A stretch of 64,000 nt of DNA from Acidobacteriota bacterium (lineage in GTDB: Bacteria; Acidobacteriota; Blastocatellia; Pyrinomonadales; Pyrinomonadaceae), in the NCBI GenBank assembly GCA_031425495.1, contig JANPJL010000128.1:4184-68183 (forward strand). Direction: 5' to 3'. This document shows, in pieces, positions 8,485 through 18,653 of this stretch; position 1 is the stretch's first letter; each line of letters starts with the position of its first letter. Under the pieces are notes generated by a model. It did not search any database and was not told the DNA's origin. It saw only the letters and a program-made list of their open reading frames with translations. Made by a program: the position numbers and the translations under genes.

Positions 8485-9975
8485 ATGCTCGAACTCAAAA
8501 ACATCACAAAAACTTTCGGAACCGTCGTAGCGAACAACGACGTGTCGATCACCGTTCACGATGGGACGATCCACGCGATCGTCGGCGAGAACGGCGCCGG
8601 TAAGTCGACGGTCATGCGGATCGCGTATGGGTTTTACAATGCGGACAGTGGGGAGATATTCGTCGGTGGGCAGCGAGTTGATATCAGGAGCCCGCACGAT
8701 GCGATCGCGTTAGGTATCGGCATGGTGCATCAGCATTTCATGCTCGTCGATACGATGACCGTCGCCGAGAATATAGTCCTCGGAGCTGAGACGGGTAGTT
8801 CGACGAACCTCGATCTCGACGCGGCGAATAGAGAGATCAAAAGCTTGTCCGATGAATTGAAGCTAAACATAGATCCGGCAGCTTATATCGAAGATCTTTC
8901 CGTAGGCCAGCAGCAGAGGGTCGAGCTTTTAAAAGCTCTCTACCGGGACGCGAAACTTTTGATCCTCGATGAACCGACCGCAGTTCTAACACCGCAGGAG
9001 GTCGAAGAGTTCTTCGCGATCCTCCGCCGCATGAAGGAGCAAGGCAAGACCATTATCATCATCACGCACAAGCTCGAAGAGGTGCTCGCGATCTCTGATG
9101 AGGTGACGGTGATGCGCGACGGCAAATCGGTCGGCAACGTGAAGACGTCCGAGACGAGTGCGAAGGATCTGGCCAGGATGATCGTCGGTCGCGACGTTTT
9201 GCTTCGGGTTGAAAAAACTGATGCCTCGCCGAAGGACACCGTTCTTGAAGTTCGTAACTTGAAGATCGGCGGAAAGCACGGGGCCGCGCTCGACGATATT
9301 AGCTTCACCGTCAGGGGCGGTGAGATCGTAGGTATCGCGGGTATCGAAGGAAACGGCCAGACCGAATTGATCGAGGCGCTCGCGGGATTGTGCAAGGTTT
9401 CGTCAGGCACAGTAGAGTTTGAGGGCAAGGACGTCACCAACCTGAGTGCCAGGCGATTAAAAGAACTCGGCATCGCGCACATACCCGAAGACAGGCACAA
9501 ACGCGGTCTGCTTCTCAACTCCGATCTTGCCGAGAATGCAATCCTCGGTGTTCACTATCGCTCCCCCGTAGCGGCCAGTGGATTCATGAACAGCATCGCT
9601 ATCGATAAACGTGTTCGTGAGATCGTCGAGAATTTTGATGTCCGCCCGCCGATCCCCGAACTGTCCGCCAAGTCGCTCTCAGGCGGCAATCAACAAAAGC
9701 TGATAATCGGTCGCGAGTTTGAGCTCGATCCGAAACTTCTACTCGTATCGCAACCCACCCGCGGGGTCGACATCGGTGCGATCGAGTTTATTCACCGTAA
9801 GCTGATCGACCTGCGCGACGCCGGTCGCGCGGTCTTGCTCGTGTCCGCCGAACTAGAAGAAGTAACCGCTCTAGCCGATCGATTGATCGTCCTTCGGAAG
9901 GGAAAGATCGTCGGCGAAGTCGACCCGAAAACGACGTCGACCGAAGAGATAGGCCTACTCATGACAGGCGGGTGA
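8485..9975 (+). CDS. ABC transporter ATP-binding protein with duplicated ATPase domains (sugar/nucleoside type)
   Basis: Two Walker A / signature sets (GENGAGKST ... [10 protein letters not shown]; [10 protein letters not shown] ... LSGGNQQK). ATG at 8485 ([12 protein letters not shown]) is preferred because the track start at 8416 lies inside the hairpin repeat. Confidence 0.9.
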   Translation: MLELKNITKTFGTVVANNDVSITVHDGTIHAIVGENGAGKSTVMRIAYGFYNADSGEIFVGGQRVDIRSPHDAIALGIGMVHQHFMLVDTMTVAENIVLGAETGSSTNLDLDAANREIKSLSDELKLNIDPAAYIEDLSVGQQQRVELLKALYRDAKLLILDEPTAVLTPQEVEEFFAILRRMKEQGKTIIIITHKLEEVLAISDEVTVMRDGKSVGNVKTSETSAKDLARMIVGRDVLLRVEKTDASPKDTVLEVRNLKIGGKHGAALDDISFTVRGGEIVGIAGIEGNGQTELIEALAGLCKVSSGTVEFEGKDVTNLSARRLKELGIAHIPEDRHKRGLLLNSDLAENAILGVHYRSPVAASGFMNSIAIDKRVREIVENFDVRPPIPELSAKSLSGGNQQKLIIGREFELDPKLLLVSQPTRGVDIGAIEFIHRKLIDLRDAGRAVLLVSAELEEVTALADRLIVLRKGKIVGEVDPKTTSTEEIGLLMTGG

Positions 9976-10104
9976 GGGGAAGTGACGAGTGACAAGTAGA
10001 GATGTTCTGTTACAGTGCTGGGATGAACATAACGGGAGGCTGTGTCGAGGAACTATTTTATTTATTCGGCTACAGCCTGGTGTCCACTAGGTAAATAAAG
10101 CGCT

Positions 10105-10306
10105 GTCAAAACTACGATTTCGGCGGCGAAGCCGTCTGAAGATTCTAGCCAGATGCGAAGCTTCTGGTACGGTGTTATACCGCGACCTCCCTGAAGGAGC
10201 GGAAAGAACACTCTCTGTCGCACCTCAGGTGCGAAAACCGTTTTTGTCCTGTCCCAGACGCTTCACGTCTTTAGGCGGCTTCGCCGCCGAGCATCCGACT
10301 TTTGAC
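10105..10306. repeat. ~200-bp element bounded by imperfect inverted repeats, with internal hairpins
   Basis: GTCAAAA..TTCGGCGGCGAAGCCG at 10105-10140 faces CGGCTTCGCCGCCGA..TTTTGAC at 10275-10306. Inner stems are CCAGA-N9-TCTGG and TCGCACC-TCA-GGTGCGA. Confidence 0.6.
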
Positions 10307-10332
10307 ACGGACCCTAAAGCTAGTCGCAATTT

Positions 10333-10367
10333 AAAAGAGGCCGCCTTTTTAGGCAGCCTCTTTTTTT
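10333..10367. terminator. intrinsic terminator hairpin between convergent genes
   Basis: GAGGCCGCC-TTTTTA-GGCAGCCTC is followed by a T7 run on the + strand and preceded by AAAA. It lies 19 nt from the stop of the 2099-aa gene. Confidence 0.7.
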
Positions 10368-10385
10368 GTTCAGAACCGCGCCGTT

Positions 10386-13300
10386 CTACGGCGTGAACGC
10401 CGAGGGTACAGGTTTATCAGTGGCGATACCCCATTGCGATCCGAGGGTCATGCACGGGCAGCTGCTGAATATCCACCAGCGACCATCGCTCGGACGGAAA
10501 ATGGATAGGTCGGCTTTTCCGTCGTTGTCGTAATCCGCGGGAGCTGGAACGTCACCGTTCACACCCCACCTGTCTTGCCGTACCTGACCGTTGCTGCTTT
10601 GTAGTATCCACCAAACTCCGGTTGAAGGCCTCCAGATCGCAATGTCATCCTTGCCGTCGCCGTCATAGTCAGCCGGCACGATCTTGTCACCCGCTACTCC
10701 AAAGACCTGCACAACGCTTCCGCCCGTGCTTCTCAGAATGTGGAATGACAAAGTCGACGGGCGATAAACGGCCAGATCGGTAAGGCCGTCACCATCGTAA
10801 TCTGCCGGGACCGGGAGATCGGTCGAGACTCCCCAGCTCCTGATCTCAGTGCCACCGGTGCTCCTCGCTATCCACCATCTACCGGTCGACGGACGGAACA
10901 CGGCGTGGTCGGCTCTGTTGTCGGCGTCGTAGCGTCCGGGAACCGGAATGTCGCCGCTTGCTCCCCACGAAAAGGCGTCATAGTTTGTTGCCGGGTTGAG
11001 ACTCGTATACCAGACACCCGTACTCGGACGATAGACCGCGAAGTTCGCTGTTCCATCACCGTTGTAGTCGGCCGTTACGATGCGGTCTTCGCCGACGCCA
11101 AACTGCGGCGTCTGTGCCGTCGAGTCGGAACTTCGGAGGACAAACCACGTACTCGGGTCGGACGGGGTTGCACCGGCACGGTAGACCGAGATGTCGGCCT
11201 TTCGGTCGCCATCGAAGTCAAAGTCAGCTACAGCAGTCGGTGCCGCCGTCACGGTTATCGTGAAGTTCTTTACCGACATGGCTCCGCAACTGTCTGTCGC
11301 GGTCACGGTTACGGTATGCGGCGAGCCTGCGATCGGGCCGGAGTTGGACGCCGTGATCACGCCTGACATCGGATCGACGGAAATCGTACCGGTAAACGTA
11401 GCCGATGTCGCCGTGACGTTTGCAAGCGGTTGGTTGTCGGCGGGCACTGCGTCCGGAGCGATCGTCAGTTTACAGCTTGTTACGATCGTCTGGTTTGCGT
11501 AGTTGCCGAGAGTGGGTGCGGGATTCGCCTGGACGTTGATCACGAGATTCGCATCCTGCGCAAGGCCCTTGGCATCAGTAGCCCGCAGCACGATCGTGTT
11601 GTTTCCGATCGTTGCGTTGCAGAGTGCTCGTACACTGGCCGCGATCGAACCGTTTGTGTTGACGATGCCAGTAACCTGCATTCCGGTCGGAACCGTTTGC
11701 GCGATCACGGTCACAGCACCCGGTGCCGATACGTCGTCGGACACGGTCGCGACAACGGAGTTGCTTGCCGGATTACCCTGAATGCGGGTCAAACCCGCCG
11801 TCGGGGTGATGATCGGCGGACCGGTTATCACCTGCGGATTCCCGGTCAGATTACCGGTCGATGTGTTGAAGTTCGTATCTCCACTATAGACCGCTGAGAT
11901 CGTATGACTGCCCGGTGTGAGAGCGTTCGTCATACACGCTGCGGCGTTAGCCGTGAGCGTCACCGCTGTGCAGCCCGTGATAGGCGTGACACCGTCGCGG
12001 AACTGGACGGTGCCGGACCGTGTTCCCGCACCCGGGGGCGTTACGCTGACCGCGGCAGTGAATGTAATTGTCGTGCCCTGCGGTGCAGGATTCTGCGACG
12101 ACGTTAGTGCTACGGTGGTGTTCGCTTTGTTCACCACCTGAGGGTTGCCGGTCATCGTGCCGATTGATGTGTTGAAGCTTGCATCACCGGAATACGTCGT
12201 CGTGATCGTGTGACTTCCGACGATAAGAGCACTCGTCTGACACGTCGCCTGGGCTGATGCCAATGCAACATTCTGACAGCCCACGATCCCCACTCCGCCA
12301 TCCAGGAAGTTGATCGTTCCGGTCGGCGAACCGGTTCCTGGTAGAACCGGAGCGACAGTTGCCGTGAACGTTACTTGCTGTCCGAAGACTGAAGGATTCT
12401 GAGACGAGGTAAGACCCGTCGTGGTGTTCGCCTTACCGACGACTTGTCCGCCGGCCAGGGTTCCGATGTTGGCGTTGTAGCCCGTCACTCCGCTTCCACC
12501 GCCGCTGTATTCAGCAGTGATAACCCGGGTACCGACAGCAAGCGTCGAGACGCTCACCTGTGCCGTGCTGACATTGTCACCCACGGTTCCAACAACAACT
12601 GCCACCGGAGAACCAATGTTTGTACCGTCCGCCTTGAACTGAACAGTTCCCGGCGGGTCGCTAGCTCGAGAAGGTACGCCTGTCATTGTCGCCGTGAAGG
12701 TGACACTCTGCCCGAAGGTGGTTGGGTTTAGGTTCGACACCACCGCGACGGTTGTGTGATCGATGTTCGTCACGGTCGGATTTGCCGAGCCCGCGACATC
12801 CGGATCGTCGGTCTGGACGGTCGGGAAATTACCCGAGACCGAGCCCTGATTCGAAACCGTTGTGAAGGCCGGCAATGTGTTGCCAATCACCGCGCGGAAT
12901 ATGATAGTCGTCGATTTCCCAGTCGGAATTACAAAGCCGGTCCCGCTGCCATTGACGGTGATCGTCTCACCGCTTTCCGGCTGCGCGTTTGTCTCGTCGG
13001 ACGTTGTCTCCTGAGAATGGGCTGTCGGCGAAATTGCCGAGCCGAGCTTGCTTACGAGTTCGGTGAGGAATGCCGTCACCGTAGAAGATTGCTCCGCAGT
13101 CGGAGAAGACTCTCTCGTTGCTTTTCCTTCGTAGGCCTTTGCATTAGCCACCTGCTTTTCCAAGACCGCCAGGTCAAAGCTTTCGAAGGCCGGCTGATAC
13201 GAAGCGTTTGCAAATACCAAGCTGTTTACAAACTGCACCGCCGCGGATATTTCGGCATTCGACGGCCTTTCGTCCCGAGTCGCAGGTGACTTGAGGAACG

Positions 13301-16300
13301 GTATATCGATCTCTTCATCGATCAACGGATTTGTGTTTATCTGTACGCCCGATGGTTCATTCTCCTGCGGGACGCTCTGGAAGAAATGGGAATTCAGATC
13401 GTCACCAACCTGCGGTCCGAATGGTGCGGAAGAGCAGTTGCTGTATCCGCTGGTTGCGGAGATCTGCAGAACGCCGTTCACGCTGCCGTCGCCTATGCCG
13501 TTTGCCGAACCGGGATTCAGACCCGCGCCGTTGCCAACGTATTGTTCGACGCCCGGGCTGCTAGTTGCCGCCATCCCTTCAATACCAAAATCGTTCGTGG
13601 TCGCGACGGTACCTTGCTTACGCAACCCGATACCGGCGGTGCTGCTGCTTCCGGACGTTGTGTTAGCTCGTAGGTCAAGACAAACGGCGTCGTCCGAGCC
13701 GGCCGCGGTATTCCCCGCATCTACCCGAATACCCGGGCGGAATCCTGACAAAGGTGCAGAGACCGAATTGTTTCGGATCCCAAGTTTCGCGATCGCACCC
13801 GTACCGTTTCCACGACCGACGAGGAGAATGCCGTTACCGTCTGTTTGGCTAATAGTGTTATTGGTGGCCGTGAGAGTTAGATCGGGAGTTTCGCAACGTC
13901 CCGCTGCGCATCCGATCACGACACCGTTTCCACCACCGATACCGTTTGCGGCGAGCCCCGCAACCTGATGATTGGCGACGATAGTATTGTTATCGACGAC
14001 CGCGGTCATATCCGAAAACCCGTTATTGCCGATACCGATGACCGTCCCGGTGAGATTTGTGAGCGGTCCGGATGCGAGGCAGCCTCCGCCGAATCTTCCG
14101 TTACAGGATATGTTCGCGTTTCCGCGAGAGCGCTGTCCGGAGTTACCGCCGCCGATCACAAAAAGGATGGCGCTCGTGTTCATTCGGTTTGCGGCACTCT
14201 GTCCCTGGATGGTGTTGCTGACGATGTTAATAATGTTGGTGGGATTACCGGGAGTTCCGGCTTCACCGCGTGGACCGGTCGAGTTTGTGTTGCCGTAATT
14301 AACCTGAATGCCGCCGCCGCCGGGAAAGTTCGTGATCGTGTTGTTGTTGATCGTCGCCTTCGTGAGGTTCGCTGCAGTGGTCGTATTGCCTATCCCGACT
14401 AATTTTATTCCGTCTCCGAGAGATGTCGCCGCCGATGTCGTGCTGGTGAAAGTGTTGCCGGTAATCACGGCGTCGCTGATCGTTCCGGCATCATTTTCAA
14501 GATAAATTCCACTATCACGAGCGTTCGTCAGCGTGCTTCCGGTTACCGTCAGCGTGCCGTTGATATTATTTCCTGACAGGCTACCAGTACCGTTGAACGC
14601 GATGTTGGATTCCGTAACGGCATCGCCCGAATTATTTATTGTTCCGTTTGTGAAGCTGAAGTTGTTGACGGATAGAACGCCATTGATACCGCTCCCGGCC
14701 GTGGTCTGAATATTCAGCTGGTCAAGGAATATATTCTGGACATTCGATAGCGAGATTCCGTCGCCGGTCGTGTTCTGTATCGTGCCGCCCGAGCTGTTAT
14801 TTGTACTCCCAGAATCGCCGACGATTCGGAATCCGCCCGGGCTCCCGGACGAAGTAGCGTTCGCTAATATGATCCCGCTCGCCGCACCTGTTGCCGACAC
14901 GCTGGTCCACTGCATATTCAGCGGAGTCATGACCACCGCACTTGTTCCAACGACCTGTACAGCGGTTGCAGTGCCGGTGCTGGGAATGGTCCCGCTTGTG
15001 GTCGTTATCGCACCGACGGACTGGTCCGTTGCGAAAAACGCTCGGATATTCGCATCGGGCGAGATGTCGAGATCAAGGAAGCTTACGGATCCGGTATTGT
15101 CGTCCAGAAAGACGCCGATCGCACCGCACTGCGTGGCGGTTACGTTTTGGAAGGTGACGGCTGTCGTCGAGTCCTGAATGTTTATGCAATTGACGGCTGG
15201 ATTGGTGAAGGTCGCGGTGCCGTTGACCGTTGTCAGACCGCCGCCCACAGCATGAACGAATCCAGTTCCGCTTCCGTTTGTAGTCGAGAGAGTTCCGAAC
15301 GATCGCGTTCCGGCAGAGTTGTTCTGCAGTGAAACGCCATCGGTACCGCCCGTGATCGCGGTGTTGCCAAAGCTTATGTTCCCGGTACTCGTGCCGACGA
15401 GGATGCCCTGGGTCGTCGCGCCGATCGTAGTCGAGGTTCCGAAGTTGGCAGCGACGGCTGAACTGGAGATAGAAATCCCCTGCGTGCCCGCACCCGAAAT
15501 CGACGTGGTGGTAGACACTGTCAGAGTGCCGCCGATTGTCGACAAGTTGATGCCGGGTCCGCCCGGAGCGCTTGTCGCCACTAGGCTGTCGAAGGTCGCG
15601 GTGATCGTGCCGCTTGCTAGGTCCAAGAGGCGACCCGTTCCCGAAAGATCCATCTCAGAGATCGCGAGCGTTCCGACGCTTGCGCCGGCGATGTCGATTC
15701 CGGTCGTGTTGCCGATATTAAATCCACGCAACGTATTTCCCGAGGCTGCGTTCACACCGTTCGTCGAAGCAGCGGTCGTTGTGATCGCTGGGCGTGAGCC
15801 GCCCGTAGCCGGTAGGGCATCGCTCCCCGTCGGGGGAGTTAAACCAGTGATCGTGGATAGCGATGCTGTCGCACCCTGCCCGATCAATCGCTGACCCGCG
15901 AGCAACGTAACGCCGCCGGTGTAGCTGCCACTAAATAGAAAAATATTATCGCTCGTTCCATCCGCCGCGACCGGATCAAAACAGCCGGCACCGACCAGAC
16001 AGTTGAAAGGCGAACTCAAGCGCCCGTCACCACCGCCAGCCGCGCTCGCGTTGACGAACCAGATCATCCCACTCACATTGAACGTAACGGTTCCGGTACC
16101 GGTGGCTCCACCTGTATCGGTTACCGTATATGTAAAGGTATCCGTACCCTCGAAACCCGGTGCCGGGTTATAGACAAAGCTGCCGTTGGCGCTCATCGTG
16201 ACGTTTCCGCCGTTGACGCTCGTCGCACCGGCACTTGCGGTCAGACCTGCGTTGGTCCCGGTGTTCGGATCGACGTCGTTCGCAAGCACGCCGCTTCCGA

Positions 16301-16685
16301 CTGGTATTGTGATCCGAACATTCCCGGTCGCCGTGTAAGAGTCGTTGGAAGCGATCGGAGAAGCGTTGACAGAGCCTGCAACCAGCGTCAGCGAGTTCGG
16401 TAATGTGTCCGTGAAGATCGTGTTCAAAGCCGGATCAGGGCCGGTGTTGTTGATCGTCACGGTGTACTGGAGAGTGTCACCCGGATCGGCCCGACCGTCG
16501 CCGTCGACATCCGTAAAAAGCGCATCGACCTTAGTCGCAGATATCGTTGGGACAATCCCTAGGGAATCATCATTCTCAAAGGCGCTCGATATAAAAGTCC
16601 CCCAAAGAACTCCGATCGAAACAGCTACGGAAATAGCGAGAGTTAACGCCAGGCGAATGGTCCTGCGGCTTAATGGGATCGACAT
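10386..16685 (-). CDS. giant (2099 aa) membrane-anchored/secreted surface protein: DUF11-like, cadherin/VCBS-like, long parallel beta-helix region, Ig-like repeats, C-terminal FG-GAP/VCBS propeller
   Basis: N-terminal anchor RLALTLAISVAVSIGVLWGTFI. DGDGRADPGDTLQYTVTINNTGPD. ANDVDPNTG...FTYTVTDTGG. About 900 aa of G/T/N/S-rich beta-helix-like repeats. Several Ig-like repeats (at least three share FGQSVTFTATM / FGQQVTFTATV / QGTTITFTAAV). Six blades of DYDGDG..D.A.YRPS.G.WW. Confidence 0.85.
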   Translation of the reverse strand: MSIPLSRRTIRLALTLAISVAVSIGVLWGTFISSAFENDDSLGIVPTISATKVDALFTDVDGDGRADPGDTLQYTVTINNTGPDPALNTIFTDTLPNSLTLVAGSVNASPIASNDSYTATGNVRITIPVGSGVLANDVDPNTGTNAGLTASAGATSVNGGNVTMSANGSFVYNPAPGFEGTDTFTYTVTDTGGATGTGTVTFNVSGMIWFVNASAAGGGDGRLSSPFNCLVGAGCFDPVAADGTSDNIFLFSGSYTGGVTLLAGQRLIGQGATASLSTITGLTPPTGSDALPATGGSRPAITTTAASTNGVNAASGNTLRGFNIGNTTGIDIAGASVGTLAISEMDLSGTGRLLDLASGTITATFDSLVATSAPGGPGINLSTIGGTLTVSTTTSISGAGTQGISISSSAVAANFGTSTTIGATTQGILVGTSTGNISFGNTAITGGTDGVSLQNNSAGTRSFGTLSTTNGSGTGFVHAVGGGLTTVNGTATFTNPAVNCINIQDSTTAVTFQNVTATQCGAIGVFLDDNTGSVSFLDLDISPDANIRAFFATDQSVGAITTTSGTIPSTGTATAVQVVGTSAVVMTPLNMQWTSVSATGAASGIILANATSSGSPGGFRIVGDSGSTNNSSGGTIQNTTGDGISLSNVQNIFLDQLNIQTTAGSGINGVLSVNNFSFTNGTINNSGDAVTESNIAFNGTGSLSGNNINGTLTVTGSTLTNARDSGIYLENDAGTISDAVITGNTFTSTTSAATSLGDGIKLVGIGNTTTAANLTKATINNNTITNFPGGGGIQVNYGNTNSTGPRGEAGTPGNPTNIINIVSNTIQGQSAANRMNTSAILFVIGGGNSGQRSRGNANISCNGRFGGGCLASGPLTNLTGTVIGIGNNGFSDMTAVVDNNTIVANHQVAGLAANGIGGGNGVVIGCAAGRCETPDLTLTATNNTISQTDGNGILLVGRGNGTGAIAKLGIRNNSVSAPLSGFRPGIRVDAGNTAAGSDDAVCLDLRANTTSGSSSTAGIGLRKQGTVATTNDFGIEGMAATSSPGVEQYVGNGAGLNPGSANGIGDGSVNGVLQISATSGYSNCSSAPFGPQVGDDLNSHFFQSVPQENEPSGVQINTNPLIDEEIDIPFLKSPATRDERPSNAEISAAVQFVNSLVFANASYQPAFESFDLAVLEKQVANAKAYEGKATRESSPTAEQSSTVTAFLTELVSKLGSAISPTAHSQETTSDETNAQPESGETITVNGSGTGFVIPTGKSTTIIFRAVIGNTLPAFTTVSNQGSVSGNFPTVQTDDPDVAGSANPTVTNIDHTTVAVVSNLNPTTFGQSVTFTATMTGVPSRASDPPGTVQFKADGTNIGSPVAVVVGTVGDNVSTAQVSVSTLAVGTRVITAEYSGGGSGVTGYNANIGTLAGGQVVGKANTTTGLTSSQNPSVFGQQVTFTATVAPVLPGTGSPTGTINFLDGGVGIVGCQNVALASAQATCQTSALIVGSHTITTTYSGDASFNTSIGTMTGNPQVVNKANTTVALTSSQNPAPQGTTITFTAAVSVTPPGAGTRSGTVQFRDGVTPITGCTAVTLTANAAACMTNALTPGSHTISAVYSGDTNFNTSTGNLTGNPQVITGPPIITPTAGLTRIQGNPASNSVVATVSDDVSAPGAVTVIAQTVPTGMQVTGIVNTNGSIAASVRALCNATIGNNTIVLRATDAKGLAQDANLVINVQANPAPTLGNYANQTIVTSCKLTIAPDAVPADNQPLANVTATSATFTGTISVDPMSGVITASNSGPIAGSPHTVTVTATDSCGAMSVKNFTITVTAAPTAVADFDFDGDRKADISVYRAGATPSDPSTWFVLRSSDSTAQTPQFGVGEDRIVTADYNGDGTANFAVYRPSTGVWYTSLNPATNYDAFSWGASGDIPVPGRYDADNRADHAVFRPSTGRWWIARSTGGTEIRSWGVSTDLPVPADYDGDGLTDLAVYRPSTLSFHILRSTGGSVVQVFGVAGDKIVPADYDGDGKDDIAIWRPSTGVWWILQSSNGQVRQDRWGVNGDVPAPADYDNDGKADLSIFRPSDGRWWIFSSCPCMTLGSQWGIATDKPVPSAFTP

Positions 16686-16775
16686 ATTTTTTTAACCTCG
16701 GTCTCGACGGGTCGGTGAACGAAATGCAATCTTGAATAATTCCACTTCTGCGTACAGAAAGTTGTGAGTTCGCAG

Positions 16776-17297
16776 CTAACTGCGGGGCGGAAAAACGCCC
16801 TGCAATGCGATACAAAAGTTTAGCGTCAGGTACGGCATCATGTTGTTATGCGGAAGACTGCCTCCCGCGGGAACTAAAGCGTTCGGGCTGAGTTGTGTCA
16901 GTGGTCCGCCGGCCGGGCCATACGCGCCAATGCCGACGCCCGTCGCCAGTCTTTCATTTACGGGACTTTGACTGATGCCGTCCGCGACCGAAGCGCTAAC
17001 GGCGTGCGAATGCGCGGGTATCTCGGACTGCAAAAGCGTTACGAAGTCCGAGCCACCGATTTCACCTAAGTCGTGCAATGACAGGCCGGGCCCTTGACCC
17101 CAAAACATCGGGACGCTTCCTTGCAAATTCGGAAGGGCAAAAGTCGACTGGCCGTTGCCGCCGTACGTCGTCCCTAGAAGCGAAAAGAGTGCGGTGTTCT
17201 GCGAAATCGGCAAGATCTGCCCGTCACACAGCGCCCATCCAGTGGGTGCAAAGTTGAAAGGAAAAATTCTTATCTCAGCTACAAATGGACTCGCCAT
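16776..17297 (-). CDS. phage tail collar domain protein (MdpB-like), paralog 3
   Basis: MASPFVAEIRIFPFNFAPTGWALCDGQILPISQNTALFSLLGTTYGGNGQSTFALPNL ... GGSLPHNNMMPYLTLNFCIALQGVFP. This is the Collar-domain signature. Confidence 0.85.
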   Translation of the reverse strand: MASPFVAEIRIFPFNFAPTGWALCDGQILPISQNTALFSLLGTTYGGNGQSTFALPNLQGSVPMFWGQGPGLSLHDLGEIGGSDFVTLLQSEIPAHSHAVSASVADGISQSPVNERLATGVGIGAYGPAGGPLTQLSPNALVPAGGSLPHNNMMPYLTLNFCIALQGVFPPRS

Positions 17298-17363
17298 AAA
17301 CTATCTCCTGAGGGGCCACCATAGGGTAAAAATTCGAACTGCTTCGACCGGGAGAGCGTCCCT

Positions 17364-17876
17364 CTAGTTCGGCGGTGGAAAGATCCCGAACAATGAAATG
17401 ATAAAACTAACGCACAGGTACGGTTGAAAATTGGTGTGTGGCTGACTGCCTCCGACCGGTGTGACCATAGTCGGACTCAACGTGGTGGAGGGATTGTCAC
17501 TTCCGTACGGCGTGATGGTCGCAAGGCTGGTTGTCGCCACCGTTGCTCCGCCGCTAGGCGCTGTTGATGAAGCAGGGTTTGTCGTCGCGAGCATCGGATG
17601 GCTGTGAGCCGGGATTTGGTTCACGGTCAGTGTGACCTGTTCGGCACCACCGGTTTCCGCAAGGATGAAGCCGTTGCCTTGATGGATCGGGACACGCCCG
17701 CGCAGATCGGGCAAGGCAAAGGTTGATTGACCATCTCCGCCATACGTCGTGCCTATCAGATTGAATAACGTCTCGTTCTCACTGATCGGCAAAAGCTGCC
17801 CCTGGCAGAACATCCATCCCGCCGGCGCAAAGTTCCCGCCGAATAGTCTGATCTCTCCTACAAACGGTTGTCCCAT
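17364..17876 (-). CDS. phage tail collar domain protein (MdpB-like), paralog 2
   Basis: MGQPFVGEIRLFGGNFAPAGWMFCQGQLLPISENETLFNLIGTTYGGDGQSTFALPDL ... GGSQPHTNFQPYLCVSFIISLFGIFP. Confidence 0.85.
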   Translation of the reverse strand: MGQPFVGEIRLFGGNFAPAGWMFCQGQLLPISENETLFNLIGTTYGGDGQSTFALPDLRGRVPIHQGNGFILAETGGAEQVTLTVNQIPAHSHPMLATTNPASSTAPSGGATVATTSLATITPYGSDNPSTTLSPTMVTPVGGSQPHTNFQPYLCVSFIISLFGIFPPPN

Positions 17877-17888
17877 TAGTTCAGCTCC

Positions 17889-18395
17889 TTAATTCCGGCT
17901 CGGGAAAATTCCCTGAAGCGCGATGCAAAAACTCAGTGCCAGAAACGGCTGCATGTTGAGATGGGCTTGGCTGCCCCCGACATTCCCGATGGCGCTGGGT
18001 GCCATCGGCTGCAGATTCGACGCGGCGGCATAAAGATTCGCTCCCGTCGATTGAGCTAGAAGCAGGCCGTTCCCCGGCGTATTTGTCGTCGCCGGAGCAG
18101 TCGTGGCGTTGGCGAGATGAACATGCGTTGGCATCTCGGACTGCGTGATAGTGTGTGCCTGCTCGCCGCCCAACTCTCCGAGAGTGTGACCGTTGCCGGT
18201 ATGTATCGGAGTTCGCGCCCGAAGGTCCGGCAACGCGAAATTGGTCTGCCCGTTGCCGCCGTAGGTTGTACCGAGGAGCGAAAAAAGCGCCTGGTTCTGA
18301 TTGATCGGCAGCAGCTGTCCGTTACAAAACGCCCAACCGCGCGGGGCATATCCGAAACTGAAAATTCTTATCTCGGACAAAAATGGTTCGGCCAT
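17889..18395 (-). CDS. phage tail collar domain protein (MdpB-like), paralog 1
   Basis: MAEPFLSEIRIFSFGYAPRGWAFCNGQLLPINQNQALFSLLGTTYGGNGQTNFALPDL ... GGSQAHLNMQPFLALSFCIALQGIFP. Confidence 0.85.
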   Translation of the reverse strand: MAEPFLSEIRIFSFGYAPRGWAFCNGQLLPINQNQALFSLLGTTYGGNGQTNFALPDLRARTPIHTGNGHTLGELGGEQAHTITQSEMPTHVHLANATTAPATTNTPGNGLLLAQSTGANLYAAASNLQPMAPSAIGNVGGSQAHLNMQPFLALSFCIALQGIFPSRN

Positions 18396-18653
18396 GAGAG
18401 GTCCTCCGATTTCTCGATCGATTTATGAAACCTGCTTGTATATAAGAAGTGCGGGGTGAATTAAGAAAGGCGGCAAACCGAAAAATAAGGAAGCATTCCG
18501 CCTTCGACAACATTTCGTCGTCTTTGATAACGTGCGATTCTAAGCTTTTGGGCGCCTGCCGTCAAGGGATTACGGCTTCGGAGCGTGATACTGCGATCGG
18601 GCGGTGAGCGCAGGATTCATCATCTGTCGTAGGTGGCAGAGATTGGCGGTCGT

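Noticed and set aside
10868-15894. Many 60-225 aa ORFs, mostly on the + strand opposite the 2099-aa gene plus one out-of-frame minus-strand ORF at 10868-11059 (for example 13291-13968, 12756-13289, 15319-15894)
   Set aside because: They are shadow ORFs inside a long, GC-rich, repeat-encoding gene. Their translations are Arg/Pro/Val-rich with no recognisable motifs. The minus-strand frame gives a continuous 2099-aa protein with clear domain signatures.
16776-18395. Tail-collar genes as evidence of a prophage
   Set aside because: No other phage structural, replication, lysis or integrase genes flank them. The neighbours are a citrate synthase, a GNAT and a giant surface protein.
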